Origin: Candidatus Terraquivivens tengchongensis
GTDB taxonomy: Archaea > Thermoproteota > Nitrososphaeria_A > Caldarchaeales > Wolframiiraptoraceae
Assembly: GCA_023261845.1 (NCBI GenBank)
Contig: JALNJZ010000002.1
Coordinates: 160,001 to 224,000, forward strand
Direction: 5' to 3'
DNA: 64,000 nucleotides
Part shown: piece by piece, positions 9,265-19,136 of the stretch
Layout of the letters: the number at the start of each line of letters is the position of its first letter
How positions within the stretch are numbered: the first letter of the stretch is position 1
Made by a program: the position numbers and the translations under genes
Notes under the pieces: generated by a model
What the model saw: the letters and a program-made list of their open reading frames with translations, nothing else
What the model was told of the DNA's origin: nothing
The model's database searches: none

Positions 9265-9783
9265 TCAACCACAACCATATTTCCTTGCCCACCACTCCGT
9301 CCTAAACTCGCTTTTCGAGCAGTAGCTCGTGAGGATCTTAGCATGTCCGTTTTCCAATAATGCCGCATTCAGATTAACCCCTTCACAAATTACCTTTGCG
9401 ACGACTCTGTTGTATCTATCATAAGGTTGGCCATCGTCTTGGTCTGCTATAGCATGGGTTCCGATAGCACACACCATTTTCGTGAACTCTTTAGCCTCAT
9501 TATAACCCGACTCGTCCTTTTCAGGTGTATTCACTAGTGCGAGTCTTATCCTTATGCCGTCAATCTCTAACGTGTCACCATCTATGACGGCTGTAACCCT
9601 ACCTACGATGCAGAGAGCGCTCCCAGAACATATTTCAGTTTGGGGTGCGGATGTAGTTTGTTCCGTTGTGTTGGAAACAGTGGACTCTATAGCGCCGGGA
9701 ATACTGGATGTTATAGCGAACATTATGAGGTATATCGAGCAGGCCAAAATGATGAGAATTGATATCAATTTTACGAGCTTCAT
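9265..9783 (-). CDS. Thermonuclease (SNase) family protein with N-terminal signal/anchor
   Basis: VIDGDT, IRLALVNTPE, DRYNRVVA, NAALLENGHA motifs; hydrophobic N-terminus. Confidence 0.9.
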   Translation of the reverse strand: MKLVKLISILIILACSIYLIMFAITSSIPGAIESTVSNTTEQTTSAPQTEICSGSALCIVGRVTAVIDGDTLEIDGIRIRLALVNTPEKDESGYNEAKEFTKMVCAIGTHAIADQDDGQPYDRYNRVVAKVICEGVNLNAALLENGHAKILTSYCSKSEFRTEWWARKYGCG

Positions 9784-10466
9784 GCGTTCAACACCTTCTG
9801 TGTAACAGGTTCAGGGAAGTCAATGAAATCTGGATTCTTCCATATATAATGCTTTGGTTTCGTCTTGAATAGCGTAATTGCCTCTGCTAAATCTTCAAGC
9901 GAAAACTTCCCCTCTTTTATCCTTCTGGCTAAGCTCGGTTTTGTAAACCTTTCGCTTAATGAATTTTCGATGACCTCCGCAACTTCTTTAATCTGCTTTT
10001 TGCTTAACGCCCTAAGCCAAGATAGGTTATTCTTTTTGCTTTTCGAGAGTTCAACATTTAGCCCCATGCTCTCCAAAAACTCCATCACTCTCTGCTGCTG
10101 TTTATCAAATTCTCTCTCGTATATTATTTCTTTCATGCCAGCATGCTCAAAGAACGGGTTGTACTTTGCCATGACAGCTAACGTCTCGATGTAAGGAACG
10201 TTTACCAAAGGCATGGTCTCCTTAACGAGCTTTACGCCCAAGCCTATGCCGCGATACTTGGGCGCAACGACAACTCTCGCAATTCGTCTAAAGTTATCAT
10301 TTACGTATTTTATTGCTGCTTTGAGCCCATTATGCCGCATCATTTCTCTAATATGTGGTAACGCTATATTTCGCGGTTTTAGATTGAAGTATGACAAAAC
10401 ATATACTACCACGCCAGCAAGCTCGCCACGTATCTCTGCTTTGAATATGTTGGTAATACCAAACGG
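9780..10466 (-). pseudogene. 5'-truncated GNAT acetyltransferase (type usually fused/linked to an ABC ATPase; Mom-related)
   Basis: RIARVVVAPKYRGIGLG acetyl-CoA motif, IETLAVMAKYNPFFEHAGM; ORF-track extension to 10634 is the antisense of the terminase fragment. Confidence 0.7.
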
Positions 10467-10468
10467 CC

Positions 10469-10868
10469 ACGCCCTACAAGATTCTCGTCGACCAAAACGG
10501 GCGTTGGCGAATACGTTGCCGAGGACATGCTCAACGTCGGCATACTCAATTTGGAAGGTATCGTCCTTACTGGACCAAAAAAGCTTGAGATAGCGAGCTA
10601 CCTCAAACAAAAAATGCAGGAGAACTGCAAACAAGACAGCAAGGGGAAATGGTCTGGGACGTCTCGGTTACACATACCATATCCAGAGGACAACGAGCTC
10701 ACTAGGAGGATAATCGCCGAGCTAAACGTAGAAAAGTACACGTTGACGAAGGACGGAAACATAAAGTTCTACCATCAAGAGGGCACGCACGACGATGTTT
10801 TCTGGAGCCTCGCCCTTGCAGTTTATGCGAGTGGAAATGCCTATAGGATGAGTATAACGCCGCTCTAA
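10469..10868 (+). pseudogene. Terminase large subunit, C-terminal nuclease-domain fragment with +1 frameshift
   Basis: YKILVDQ (10475-10495), one extra A, then TGVGEYVAEDM... reconstitutes D-x-TG-x-G; ends with HDDVFWSLALA. Confidence 0.82.
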
Positions 10869-10917
10869 CGATTTAAGAATTGCAAGAAAATGTAGGGGTG
10901 ATGAGCATTGGCAAAGT

Positions 10918-12069
10918 TTACATCAAACCGATCTGCTCCGCTATCAGCTGGGAAACGTCGACAACCCTTCTACCATTCTGTTGCGAAGACGCGACCTGCA
11001 ATAAGGTTTGAACACACGTCGGACATGCCGTCGTTATCACCTTTGCATTCGTAGATGCAAGCACCTCGAACCTCTTTTTGGATATGCGTTCTGCTGTGGA
11101 CGGGTAAGTAACCTTTAGCAGGCCCCCTCCACCGCAGCAATAGAAATATGAACCATTATTTTCAGGATATACTACATTCGCTATGCTACTTAGCACATTC
11201 TTTGGTTCCTTTACGATTCCGCATATTCTCGAAAGCTCGCAGGGCTCATGATACGTTACCGTTACGTCTAACCTCGGTATTTTCAGCCTCTCTTTCTCGA
11301 GACAGTTGTTAAGAAATTCCGTGAAATGAAGGACCTCAAAGTTAAGTTTTCTTCCAAGCAGCTTCGGATACTCATACTTCAGAGCTAGGTAACATCCTGG
11401 ACATCCGGTAACTACCTTCTTAGAACCAACAGAAGATATTTCCTTGATGTTGTGCTCTGCGAGGCTTTTCGCCTCCTTTAATGCGCCTGCGAGGACGAGC
11501 GGGTGCCCACAACACCATTCGTCCTTCAATACTGTCCAATCCTCATTTAAATAGTTCAGTATACCCGTCACGGCCTGCGCTATTGTCTGTACCATTCCTG
11601 AAAATGATGTAACGCATCCCACAAAATATACGAGGTCCGCCGAATCTTTGATTTTGACGTCAGCATCTGTGTACATTATCCAATCATTCCTAGATGCGTT
11701 GTCCGCTGTGTAAACGTTCTTATACTCAAGTATTGCGTTGGAAAACCTTTTTATGGTGTCGGGGACCATACCAAGCTCAAAAAGTTTCTGTCTTGCCAGC
11801 AAAGATACCTCTCCTATGTTTATGCCTTGAGGACACTTGTATGCGCAAGAGCAGCACGTAGAACATTTATAGAACTTCTCTGATAACTTGATTGTTGGTT
11901 GCAACTCTCCTTTCATAAGGGCTAAGAAAAGCGTTTTACGTCCGCGTGGGCTAACCGATTCATCATAGTTTTCTACCTCTACAATTGGACATATCGAGCG
12001 ACAGAAGCCGCAATGTTCGCAGAAGTTAAGCTTTTTAAGCACGTCTTCCGCAGTAATTTCAAGCGGCAA
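10918..12069 (-). CDS. Fe-S oxidoreductase, GlcF/HdrD-like (2x[4Fe-4S] + two CCG domains)
   Basis: CEHCGFCRSICP, CSTCCSCAYKCP, WCCG...CPGC, YHEPC...CCGGGG...CPTC. Confidence 0.9.
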   Translation of the reverse strand: MPLEITAEDVLKKLNFCEHCGFCRSICPIVEVENYDESVSPRGRKTLFLALMKGELQPTIKLSEKFYKCSTCCSCAYKCPQGINIGEVSLLARQKLFELGMVPDTIKRFSNAILEYKNVYTADNASRNDWIMYTDADVKIKDSADLVYFVGCVTSFSGMVQTIAQAVTGILNYLNEDWTVLKDEWCCGHPLVLAGALKEAKSLAEHNIKEISSVGSKKVVTGCPGCYLALKYEYPKLLGRKLNFEVLHFTEFLNNCLEKERLKIPRLDVTVTYHEPCELSRICGIVKEPKNVLSSIANVVYPENNGSYFYCCGGGGLLKVTYPSTAERISKKRFEVLASTNAKVITTACPTCVQTLLQVASSQQNGRRVVDVSQLIAEQIGLM

Positions 12070-12103
12070 TTTACGTCACTCATTACTTATGAAAATCTTC
12101 CAT

Positions 12104-13378
12104 TTAATTTACCTTACTTTTTAGACGATTTATCATCACCGAAAAAGCGAATGAGGTAGCGAACGAAGGAAGGCTTGCACCCAGTTCCGGTATTAACGTC
12201 ACGACCACGATGTAGGCTGCTATACCAAAGAACCAGGCCAGCATGTTATCTAGCCTTATAGCTTTAGCTTTTTCGTAAAACTCCTCCAGCGTGATAGAAG
12301 ACCGTCTCCTATTCACAAAGAACTCAGCCGAGACGACGCCGAGAAGTGGGACGAATAGGGCACCTATCATAAGCAGGAAGCTTTCGTACTCTACAAGAGG
12401 AACACTTATGGCAAGCGCTATACTAACGCCGGCCACGAGGGCTATAAACCTCCACTGTCTGACCTTCGGGAATATGTTCTGGAACGAGACGGCGGACGAG
12501 TATATATCAGCAAAGCAGTTATCAGTCTCGTCGACCAATATAAGCATCAGCGCAACCCATCCAAAGAATAAGGCACCTATGGATGCTACAACATCCTCTA
12601 TGCCCAAAAGCACGACTAATGCCGCTCCTAGGACGTAGAACCATGTGTTGGAGATCGTATATCCAGCGACAGTTCCGAAGAATGCTGAGTGAGGCCTCTT
12701 AGCAAACCTGTTATAATCAGATATCAGCGGCCACCACGATATCGGCATGACTATTACGAGGTCCAAAGCAAGGAGCAAAGGTATGGCGCTATCGCTACGA
12801 GAGAAGACCCAGCTCCAGAAGTCACCAGAACTGAATACATGATAGGTTATCCAGATCGTCGAGCCGTAGACCAACCATATCGCAACCCTCTCCAACCACT
12901 TCCTTACAACCACCAGAGGTCCGCCGAGCGCAAGTATCATGCACCAGACACCAAAGAAGACAACCCAGAAGCTGTAGGATATTGGGCCGAATATGCTCGA
13001 TGTTAGTAGCGTGGCTGCCTGCGCCATTATCATGAGCTCGAATGCAGTCCAGCCTATCAACTGCACGATGTTAAGTGTCGTCGGAAAGTAGGATGCCTTA
13101 ATGCCGAGCACAGGCCTTAGGCTTACCATCGTAGGCACACCGTACCTGCTGCCCACGATTCCAGGAAGCGCTAGCATGATGCTGCCTATTATGGAGCCGA
13201 ATAACGAAACGAGGAGCACCTCAGAGAATGAGAGACCTTTCAGCAACGAGCCAGCCAAGAGGACGAGTAGCCCGACACCCAAGCTCGACCAAAGGACGAA
13301 GTAGTCCAAGAATCCGAGAACCTTTGCATCCTTTGGTACAGGTTCAGTTCCCCACTCCGGTGGAAGTTTGACTTTCAT
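12104..13378 (-). CDS. cytX: NCS1/cytosine permease family, putative hydroxymethylpyrimidine transporter
   Basis: Multi-TM; NIVQLIGWTAFE, MPISWWPLISDYNRF, DETDNCFADIYS motifs. Confidence 0.8.
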   Translation of the reverse strand: MKVKLPPEWGTEPVPKDAKVLGFLDYFVLWSSLGVGLLVLLAGSLLKGLSFSEVLLVSLFGSIIGSIMLALPGIVGSRYGVPTMVSLRPVLGIKASYFPTTLNIVQLIGWTAFELMIMAQAATLLTSSIFGPISYSFWVVFFGVWCMILALGGPLVVVRKWLERVAIWLVYGSTIWITYHVFSSGDFWSWVFSRSDSAIPLLLALDLVIVMPISWWPLISDYNRFAKRPHSAFFGTVAGYTISNTWFYVLGAALVVLLGIEDVVASIGALFFGWVALMLILVDETDNCFADIYSSAVSFQNIFPKVRQWRFIALVAGVSIALAISVPLVEYESFLLMIGALFVPLLGVVSAEFFVNRRRSSITLEEFYEKAKAIRLDNMLAWFFGIAAYIVVVTLIPELGASLPSFATSFAFSVMINRLKSKVN

Positions 13379-13480
13379 AGTTTATTCAACGAGACCGCTA
13401 CTGTGGGATTGTTATAAATGTTTTAATAAGCGGCTTATTGCAAAAATTGTTTGAAGTTGATACGAACGTGGTAACTGTCT

Positions 13481-14053
13481 TCACTCGACCTTGATGCTAA
13501 TACCCTTCGGCTTGCCCTTCTTCTTGTTGAGGACGACCTCCAAGACACCGTTCTTATACGTAGCCTTAGCACCCTCGGACTCAACCTCTTCTGGCAGCTC
13601 AACTTCTTTGTAGTACTTCCTCTCGGGCGTGTCCACCTTTATTATCAACGTCTTCTCGGTAACGTTCAGTTGGATGTCGTTCTTGTCAACACCAGGCAAC
13701 TCGGCTACTACCCTTATCACGTTCTCCTCGGGTATGACATCGACCAGAGGCTCCCTCTCGCCCTTGAGTTCTAACGGTCTTCTGCCGAGCCTAGGCTTTA
13801 TGTTGCCAAACTCTCTTATGATGGGCCTTCCATCGGGTCCTATTGTGATCGAGTAACCATAAACGAATGGACCTATAATCCTCTCTACGCCCTTCTCAGT
13901 CCTTCTCTCTTTTACGAGTTCTTTGGGAACCATCTCCTCGATCCTCTTGAACTCTTCCTCAAACTCCCTGAAGAAATCCTCCCAGTATCTCTCAAAAAAG
14001 CCGAAAGGGAAGCGTCTAAATCTTCTGAAAAATTCATCCCATTCGTTTGACAA
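13481..14053 (-). CDS. hsp20: Small heat shock protein Hsp20
   Basis: GPFVYGYSITIGPDG, VVAELPGV, ATYKNGVLEV, C-terminal I-x-V. Confidence 0.95.
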   Translation of the reverse strand: MSNEWDEFFRRFRRFPFGFFERYWEDFFREFEEEFKRIEEMVPKELVKERRTEKGVERIIGPFVYGYSITIGPDGRPIIREFGNIKPRLGRRPLELKGEREPLVDVIPEENVIRVVAELPGVDKNDIQLNVTEKTLIIKVDTPERKYYKEVELPEEVESEGAKATYKNGVLEVVLNKKKGKPKGISIKVE

Positions 14054-14124
14054 AATAAAACCACCTCAAGTTAGTTAAAGTATATCCTCTCGTTAATAAA
14101 TTTAACTTAAAAGCATGAGGCTGC

Positions 14125-15150
14125 CTACCTTATACTGCTCGTCGCTTTAGAGAAGAATATCTTGATGATATCGGCCATCCTAACTTCGACACCTATGTGC
14201 CCCTCCTCGCGCTTCATGTAGCGAAATACTTTGAGCAACTTTGAGAAGTCTCTGGCAAAGCTAAACCTGCCGCTTATCTTATCCGCAACGACGTCAAATA
14301 CTTCTTTGTACGGAGAGAACCTTCTTAGAACCTCTGCGGTATATGCTTCTAGGTCTTGGACGTTCTTCAAGAAAATTTCAGCGCAGTAAAGGCTCGGTAT
14401 TATGCCCTCGCCGAGTACGGATAAAACCGTTCCTATGCTTTCGCCAACGCCCACGACCTTTCCGGCGTAGTAAGGCTGACACATCGGTGGCGGTGTTATC
14501 CTAAGAGGTCTGCCGACCCTTTTGACAATCTCGCCTCCATGCTCTCGCATGAAAGCGTCTAAGAAGTATCTCTGCCTTCCAAAGTAGTCCCCGCAACCAA
14601 CATGAGCGTAGGAGTCTCCAAGCGGGAAGAACCAGATGTAGCCAGCATTCATCGGCTTTATGTAAAAGTCATCTATCGGCATCTTGTTATACTTTACTTT
14701 GTACTCAAGCGTGTGGATTATGTAGTCTTTGCTGAGTTTTGGTAGCAGAGCCCTCGGGAACCCGGTCGAGTCTATTATGAGGTCGTACTCGTCATTAAGC
14801 TGCTCAGTGCTCTTGATGTGAACACCAAACTTTACGTTATGTCCGTCCACCAAGTCCCTTTCAAGGGATAGCTTATCGAACGTACATAGGCCTTTGAGCT
14901 TCATCCAGAAACGCGAGCTTCCGAGGTCAACGCACATCTCCTTGCCTTTGTAGAAGACATAATCTTCAAAGTTCAAGCCGACGGGCGAAAGGAGCTTCTG
15001 CATCTCGCTACCGGAGGTAGCCCACGCACAAGGCGGGTAGTAATCCGCGTAGCTGCACATCTCAAACCCGACGACCTCGTACTCAGTCGAGAGCCTGGAG
15101 ACAAGATAGGAGCCTGCCACACCAAGCCCGACGACGGCGATTTTACGCAT
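14125..15150 (-). CDS. FAD-dependent oxidoreductase, geranylgeranyl reductase-like superfamily
   Basis: GLGVAG Rossmann motif, GYIWFFP, VGESIG...GEGI. Confidence 0.8.
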   Translation of the reverse strand: MRKIAVVGLGVAGSYLVSRLSTEYEVVGFEMCSYADYYPPCAWATSGSEMQKLLSPVGLNFEDYVFYKGKEMCVDLGSSRFWMKLKGLCTFDKLSLERDLVDGHNVKFGVHIKSTEQLNDEYDLIIDSTGFPRALLPKLSKDYIIHTLEYKVKYNKMPIDDFYIKPMNAGYIWFFPLGDSYAHVGCGDYFGRQRYFLDAFMREHGGEIVKRVGRPLRITPPPMCQPYYAGKVVGVGESIGTVLSVLGEGIIPSLYCAEIFLKNVQDLEAYTAEVLRRFSPYKEVFDVVADKISGRFSFARDFSKLLKVFRYMKREEGHIGVEVRMADIIKIFFSKATSSIR

Positions 15151-15247
15151 GGTCCGGCGTGAAATTATAAATTACCACCTTAAATTTTTAAATCGAGATA
15201 AAACATTTTAATAGACGAATTCCGAGATTACCCCTAGAACTTCATGC

Positions 15248-15334
15248 GGGCCCGTAGCTCAGCATGGTTAGAGCGGCAGTTGTCGGCCGAGGCTCATAAC
15301 CTGTAGGTCCTGGGTTCGAGTCCCAGCGGGCCCA
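15248..15334 (+). tRNA. tRNA with CAU anticodon, probably Ile2, with 12-nt intron at 30/31 (15280-15291)
   Basis: GGGCCCG/CGGGCCC-A acceptor; removing TTGTCGGCCGAG restores arm GCAGG-CT-CAT-AA-CCTGT; T-loop TTCGAGT. The GGGCCC start favours Ile2 over Met (inference). Confidence 0.9.
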
Positions 15335-15379
15335 TAACTTCATTATGTTTTTAATGCCGGTCATCTACCTTGACCTTGT

Positions 15380-16143
15380 ATGAAACCTAGTGTTTTTGTG
15401 GGCTGTTGCGGCTGGGCTATAAAGGGTGGTAAGCAAGCATACTATAACCGCCTTAAGACGATAGAGCTCCAGGAGACTTTTTACAAGCTACCAAAGCTGG
15501 ATACTGTAAGGAAATGGAAGGAGTCGGCACCAAAGGACTTCATCTTCAATATGAAAGCTTGGCAGGTGGTAACGCACCCCCGAGTAGTGCGACTTGGAGA
15601 AAGGCAGGCATCAAGGTTCCGGAGGGTGTAAAGGAAAATTATGGAAACCTAAAACCAACGAAGGAGAACTTCGAAGCTTGGAACAAGACCGTCGAGGTGG
15701 CGAAAGTTATCGAAGCGGCTGTCGTTGTGGTACAAACACCGCCTTCGTTCGGTTACACCGAGAAGAACTTCGAAAATGTAGATAAGTTCTTCAGCAAAAT
15801 ACAGCGTGAATGTTTCGAGATAGGCTGGGAGCCAAGGGGCAGCTGGCGCGAGAAGCCGGACGCGGTTAAGGAGCTTTGTGAAAGGCACAGCTTGATACAT
15901 ATAACGGACATATTCCGCTGGAGACCCGTCCGCAAACATAAGTTGTTCTACACAAGGCTGCACGGTATAGGTAGCGGTGAGGTGAACTATTCATACAAGT
16001 ACACGGACGACGACTTGGCCAAGCTGAGGCAGATGGTCGCAGATGAATCAGAAGGTAGGGATGCGTGCTACGTGTTGTTCAACAACATTTCGATGGCCGA
16101 CGACGCTTTGAGGTTCAAGCAACTTTTAGAAGCATTTATTTAG
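15380..16143 (+). pseudogene. DUF72 family protein split by a -1 frameshift in a C5 run (254 aa if joined)
   Basis: VGCCGW, IELQETFY, MKAWQVVTHP | PSSATW, QTPPSF, WEPRG, YTRLHG, YVLFNN; CCCCC at 15577-15581 needs one more C. Confidence 0.85.
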
Positions 16144-16158
16144 CTGTATGCACGCCTT

Positions 16159-17598
16159 ATGGGAAGGCAAGGATTAATGGCCGAGTACGAAGACCTAGTC
16201 AAAAGGATACTGAGAAGGAGACCGGAGCTTTCCGAGGAAGAGTTAGAGAAGAAGGTAGAGGAGAAACTGAGAAATTCGCCGATGCTTAGCAAGCTTGGAG
16301 CACTTCTGCTCTTGGCAGATGAGTTAGGGGTTCTTGAGACGCCAGGATGTTCTGCATCAACTTTTGATACGAGCGAATTTACAAGAATATCGTCGCTTGT
16401 CTCAGGGCTGAACGACGTCTCGCTCTATGTCAGAATTATAGCAGTCTCACCACTCGTCAGGCTAAACGGTAGGTCCGTCCTAAGGATGAAGGTCGGCGAT
16501 GAAACGGGTAAGACATCGGTCGTTGCATGGGAACAGAAGGCGGAGGAGCTAGCGACTATAGGACTATCTCCCGGCATGGTCGTCGTGATTATGCATGCCT
16601 ACACGAGAAGCGGTCCTGATGGCAAACCTGAGATACATATAGGGAAGAATAGCTCAGTAAAGGTCGTTGAAGACTTGGGAACCCTGCCGCATGTCGAGAG
16701 CTTCTTCATTCCGGCAAGCAAGGCCTCAAAAACCGAAACGTTCGATATAAAGGGGACGCTCGTCATGACTGGCGAGCTAAGGTCCATCCAGACAAAGTCT
16801 GGTACGGTGAGCATGGTTGAGGCGTTTCTGGCCGATGAATATGGTGAGGCCATTTTGGTAGCGTGGAGGGATAAGGTGGAGCTGATAACGAATACCGCGC
16901 CCGGAACAGAACTCATGCTAACCGACGTCAGATTCAAGGGAGGACAGCTCCAGACAACCATTAGGACATGTATCGCTAAAGCTGCCAAAAGTAAACTGGA
17001 CCTATCAAAGTTGATGACAGAATCCAAGAGGTTGATGAACAACAAGGTCCTTAGGGTACTTGATGTGATCAAACAACGAGACTTCATAGTGTTCATAGTT
17101 TCTGAAGGTGTATGGGTTTATAGACTTCTAAGCAGTTCGCTGGTCGGCGTTGATGTTAAGAAAGGTGATGCAATCCGTGTAATCAAAGGCTTCGTGTCAG
17201 AGAGGAATGGCAGGAAGACGATTGTAACACCAGAATATGGGGTAATGGCGGCAACGGATGAAGATGCAAGAAAGGTTCCGATGGTTGATAGAAAGAGAAG
17301 GCTTGCAGATATAAGTGGTGAGGAGTCTGACATAATAGTCGAGGGAATACTTCACACGAAGACCCCGCTGGGAGCTGTCGAGACGAAGTTCGGCAGGGCT
17401 GAAAAGATAAGCTTCTGGTTAAGGGATGGCGAGACTACGGTGCTCTGCTCAGCGTGGAGGTCTAAAGCTAGGGAGATAGATTCCATACCGATAGGTAAGC
17501 GGATTCAGTTGCGCTGGGTCAGGGTCAGGCAGAACGTCTTTGGCGAGCTTGAGATAGCCGTTGAAAAGGATACAAAGGTAGTCGTGCTGGAAGCATGA
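16159..17598 (+). CDS. rpa: Replication protein A-like multi-OB-fold ssDNA-binding protein
   Basis: Repeated OB motifs GDETG...VVAW, ADEYG...LVAW, RDGET...CSAW; N-terminal helical domain; start may be 16177. Confidence 0.82.
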   Translation: MGRQGLMAEYEDLVKRILRRRPELSEEELEKKVEEKLRNSPMLSKLGALLLLADELGVLETPGCSASTFDTSEFTRISSLVSGLNDVSLYVRIIAVSPLVRLNGRSVLRMKVGDETGKTSVVAWEQKAEELATIGLSPGMVVVIMHAYTRSGPDGKPEIHIGKNSSVKVVEDLGTLPHVESFFIPASKASKTETFDIKGTLVMTGELRSIQTKSGTVSMVEAFLADEYGEAILVAWRDKVELITNTAPGTELMLTDVRFKGGQLQTTIRTCIAKAAKSKLDLSKLMTESKRLMNNKVLRVLDVIKQRDFIVFIVSEGVWVYRLLSSSLVGVDVKKGDAIRVIKGFVSERNGRKTIVTPEYGVMAATDEDARKVPMVDRKRRLADISGEESDIIVEGILHTKTPLGAVETKFGRAEKISFWLRDGETTVLCSAWRSKAREIDSIPIGKRIQLRWVRVRQNVFGELEIAVEKDTKVVVLEA

Positions 17599-18236
17599 GA
17601 CCGATACTCCAAGTCGCTCTGGATTTTACGTCCCTTGAAGAAGCGTTTCGGGTTGCAGAGGCCGCCGTGAACGGAGGCGCTGACTGGCTCGAGATAGGTA
17701 CGCCGCTGATAAAGTCCGTGGGAATCAGTGCCGTGAAGACCATAGCAAAACGCTTTCCGAAAATTACAATCGTGGCGGACATGAAGACCGTTGACACAGG
17801 CTATCTTGAAGCTCGAATGGCAGTAATCCATGGAGCACGCGTAGTTACGGTGTTAGGTCTAGCATCTGACAGGACTATCAAGGAAGCGGCGGATGCGGCG
17901 CATGAATATAACGCCAAACTCATGGTCGACTTGATGCTGGTCAGAGATTTGCGGAAGAGGGCTGAGGAAGTCGTAGCCTTAGGCGCAGACTATGTGCTGT
18001 TGCATATCGGGAAGGACGTACAAAAGGACGGTTTGACACCGCTCACACTGTTAAGGGAAATCGCAAACGCTGTTGACGTTCCTGTTGCGGTCGCGGGCGG
18101 TCTGTCAGCGCTGACAGCTCCGATGGCCGTTAAGGCAGGAGCAAAGATAGTCGTAATCGGTAGTGCTATATCCAGCGCACCAGACCCGGAAACGGCAACC
18201 CGAAAGATCAGGGAAGCGCTGGACTCTGCCATTTAA
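17595..18236 (+). CDS. hxlA: 3-hexulose-6-phosphate synthase (OMPDC/HUMPS family)
   Basis: LQVALD, LEIGTPLIK, ADMKTVDTG, HIGKDVQ, VAVAGG. Confidence 0.9.
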   Translation: MRPILQVALDFTSLEEAFRVAEAAVNGGADWLEIGTPLIKSVGISAVKTIAKRFPKITIVADMKTVDTGYLEARMAVIHGARVVTVLGLASDRTIKEAADAAHEYNAKLMVDLMLVRDLRKRAEEVVALGADYVLLHIGKDVQKDGLTPLTLLREIANAVDVPVAVAGGLSALTAPMAVKAGAKIVVIGSAISSAPDPETATRKIREALDSAI

Positions 18237-19084
18237 ATAAAAGAGCGCTGCTCAAGAAGCTTATATGCCTCTTCGTACAACCTCTGCCCGACCTTAGCCC
18301 TACATGTTCTGAAGATTTCTTCGAGCTTATTCACATCTCCCTTCTTGATGAGTTTGACGATTTCGTTAAGTCTTTTCACGTAAAATGAGAAAACTTGAAA
18401 CGCATACGGATTCAGCTTGAATGCCGAGATAATAAGCTCAGGACTCTCCGATAGCGACGTTGCCGCCGAAAGTATCTGGAGTTTGAAGGTAGTGCCCGAG
18501 AGTTTCTTTGCTTCTCTGAACATCCCGCTATTCATGTTGAAAATCAGCGATACCGCTAATACATGCGATAGGGAGATGACGTGCGCCATAATCTTGTCAT
18601 GCGTCCTCCAATCGACGACGACAAAGTTCGCATCACTGAATAAATTCTTCGCTATGCGAAGCTCAGAACGTCTGCTCTTTATTGGTACCAATGCCATGAC
18701 TTTTCCTTTCATGTCGCTTGCACCAGGTCCAAATAGTGGGTGGACAGAAAGTAGCTTTGCATGTGTGCGCCGCGACCTCTTCAGAACCTTAACTACATGT
18801 GCTTTTAATGATGAGACTTCCACGATAACGCTCCCCTGCTTTGCGTACCTTAAAACATCCTTGATGACAGATGCCGTAACAGCCAACGGGACGGCGACAA
18901 GCGTGACATCCGCATCGTGTACAGCACTCTCGATGTTTCTGCTCATGCTTGCTCCAATTTCTTTTACTAACTTGAATGCTGCGCTTGGCCTTTTATCGAA
19001 GACTTTCACCTCGTCCCCCCTTTTGTAAAAATAATTAGCAAACCAGCTGCCCATCCTTCCGGCTCCGATAATTGCTGCCTTCAT
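18233..19084 (-). CDS. tyrA: Prephenate/arogenate dehydrogenase
   Basis: GAGRMG, EVSSLK, HPLFGP, HDKIMA...SH. Confidence 0.9.
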   Translation of the reverse strand: MKAAIIGAGRMGSWFANYFYKRGDEVKVFDKRPSAAFKLVKEIGASMSRNIESAVHDADVTLVAVPLAVTASVIKDVLRYAKQGSVIVEVSSLKAHVVKVLKRSRRTHAKLLSVHPLFGPGASDMKGKVMALVPIKSRRSELRIAKNLFSDANFVVVDWRTHDKIMAHVISLSHVLAVSLIFNMNSGMFREAKKLSGTTFKLQILSAATSLSESPELIISAFKLNPYAFQVFSFYVKRLNEIVKLIKKGDVNKLEEIFRTCRAKVGQRLYEEAYKLLEQRSFI

Positions 19085-19136
19085 ATGTTTCCAATATCTA
19101 AAGAGAAATTAAAACTAAATAACTTTCCCTACCGGT

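Larger units (their letters stand above)
9265..10868. mobile_element. Degenerate provirus relic of a head-tail (Caudoviricetes-like) archaeal virus
   Basis: Terminase fragment abutting a truncated GNAT and a thermonuclease; no integrase or att repeats seen; boundaries approximate. Confidence 0.6.

Noticed and set aside
10467-10634. N-terminal ~55 aa of the 284-aa GNAT ORF
   Set aside because: Antisense to the terminase fragment, which carries the recognisable motifs.
2903-10868. tRNA-Arg as att site of an integrated element
   Set aside because: The accessory DNA lies on the tRNA's 5' side, no duplicated tRNA segment was found by eye, and there is no integrase.
10898-10960. GTGATGA box C-like motif (C/D sRNA)
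   Set aside because: No CTGA box D at a suitable distance; equally an SD plus ATG of a lost gene.
13379-13480. TPP riboswitch upstream of cytX
   Set aside because: Short AT-rich spacer without the CTGAGA/TPP core.
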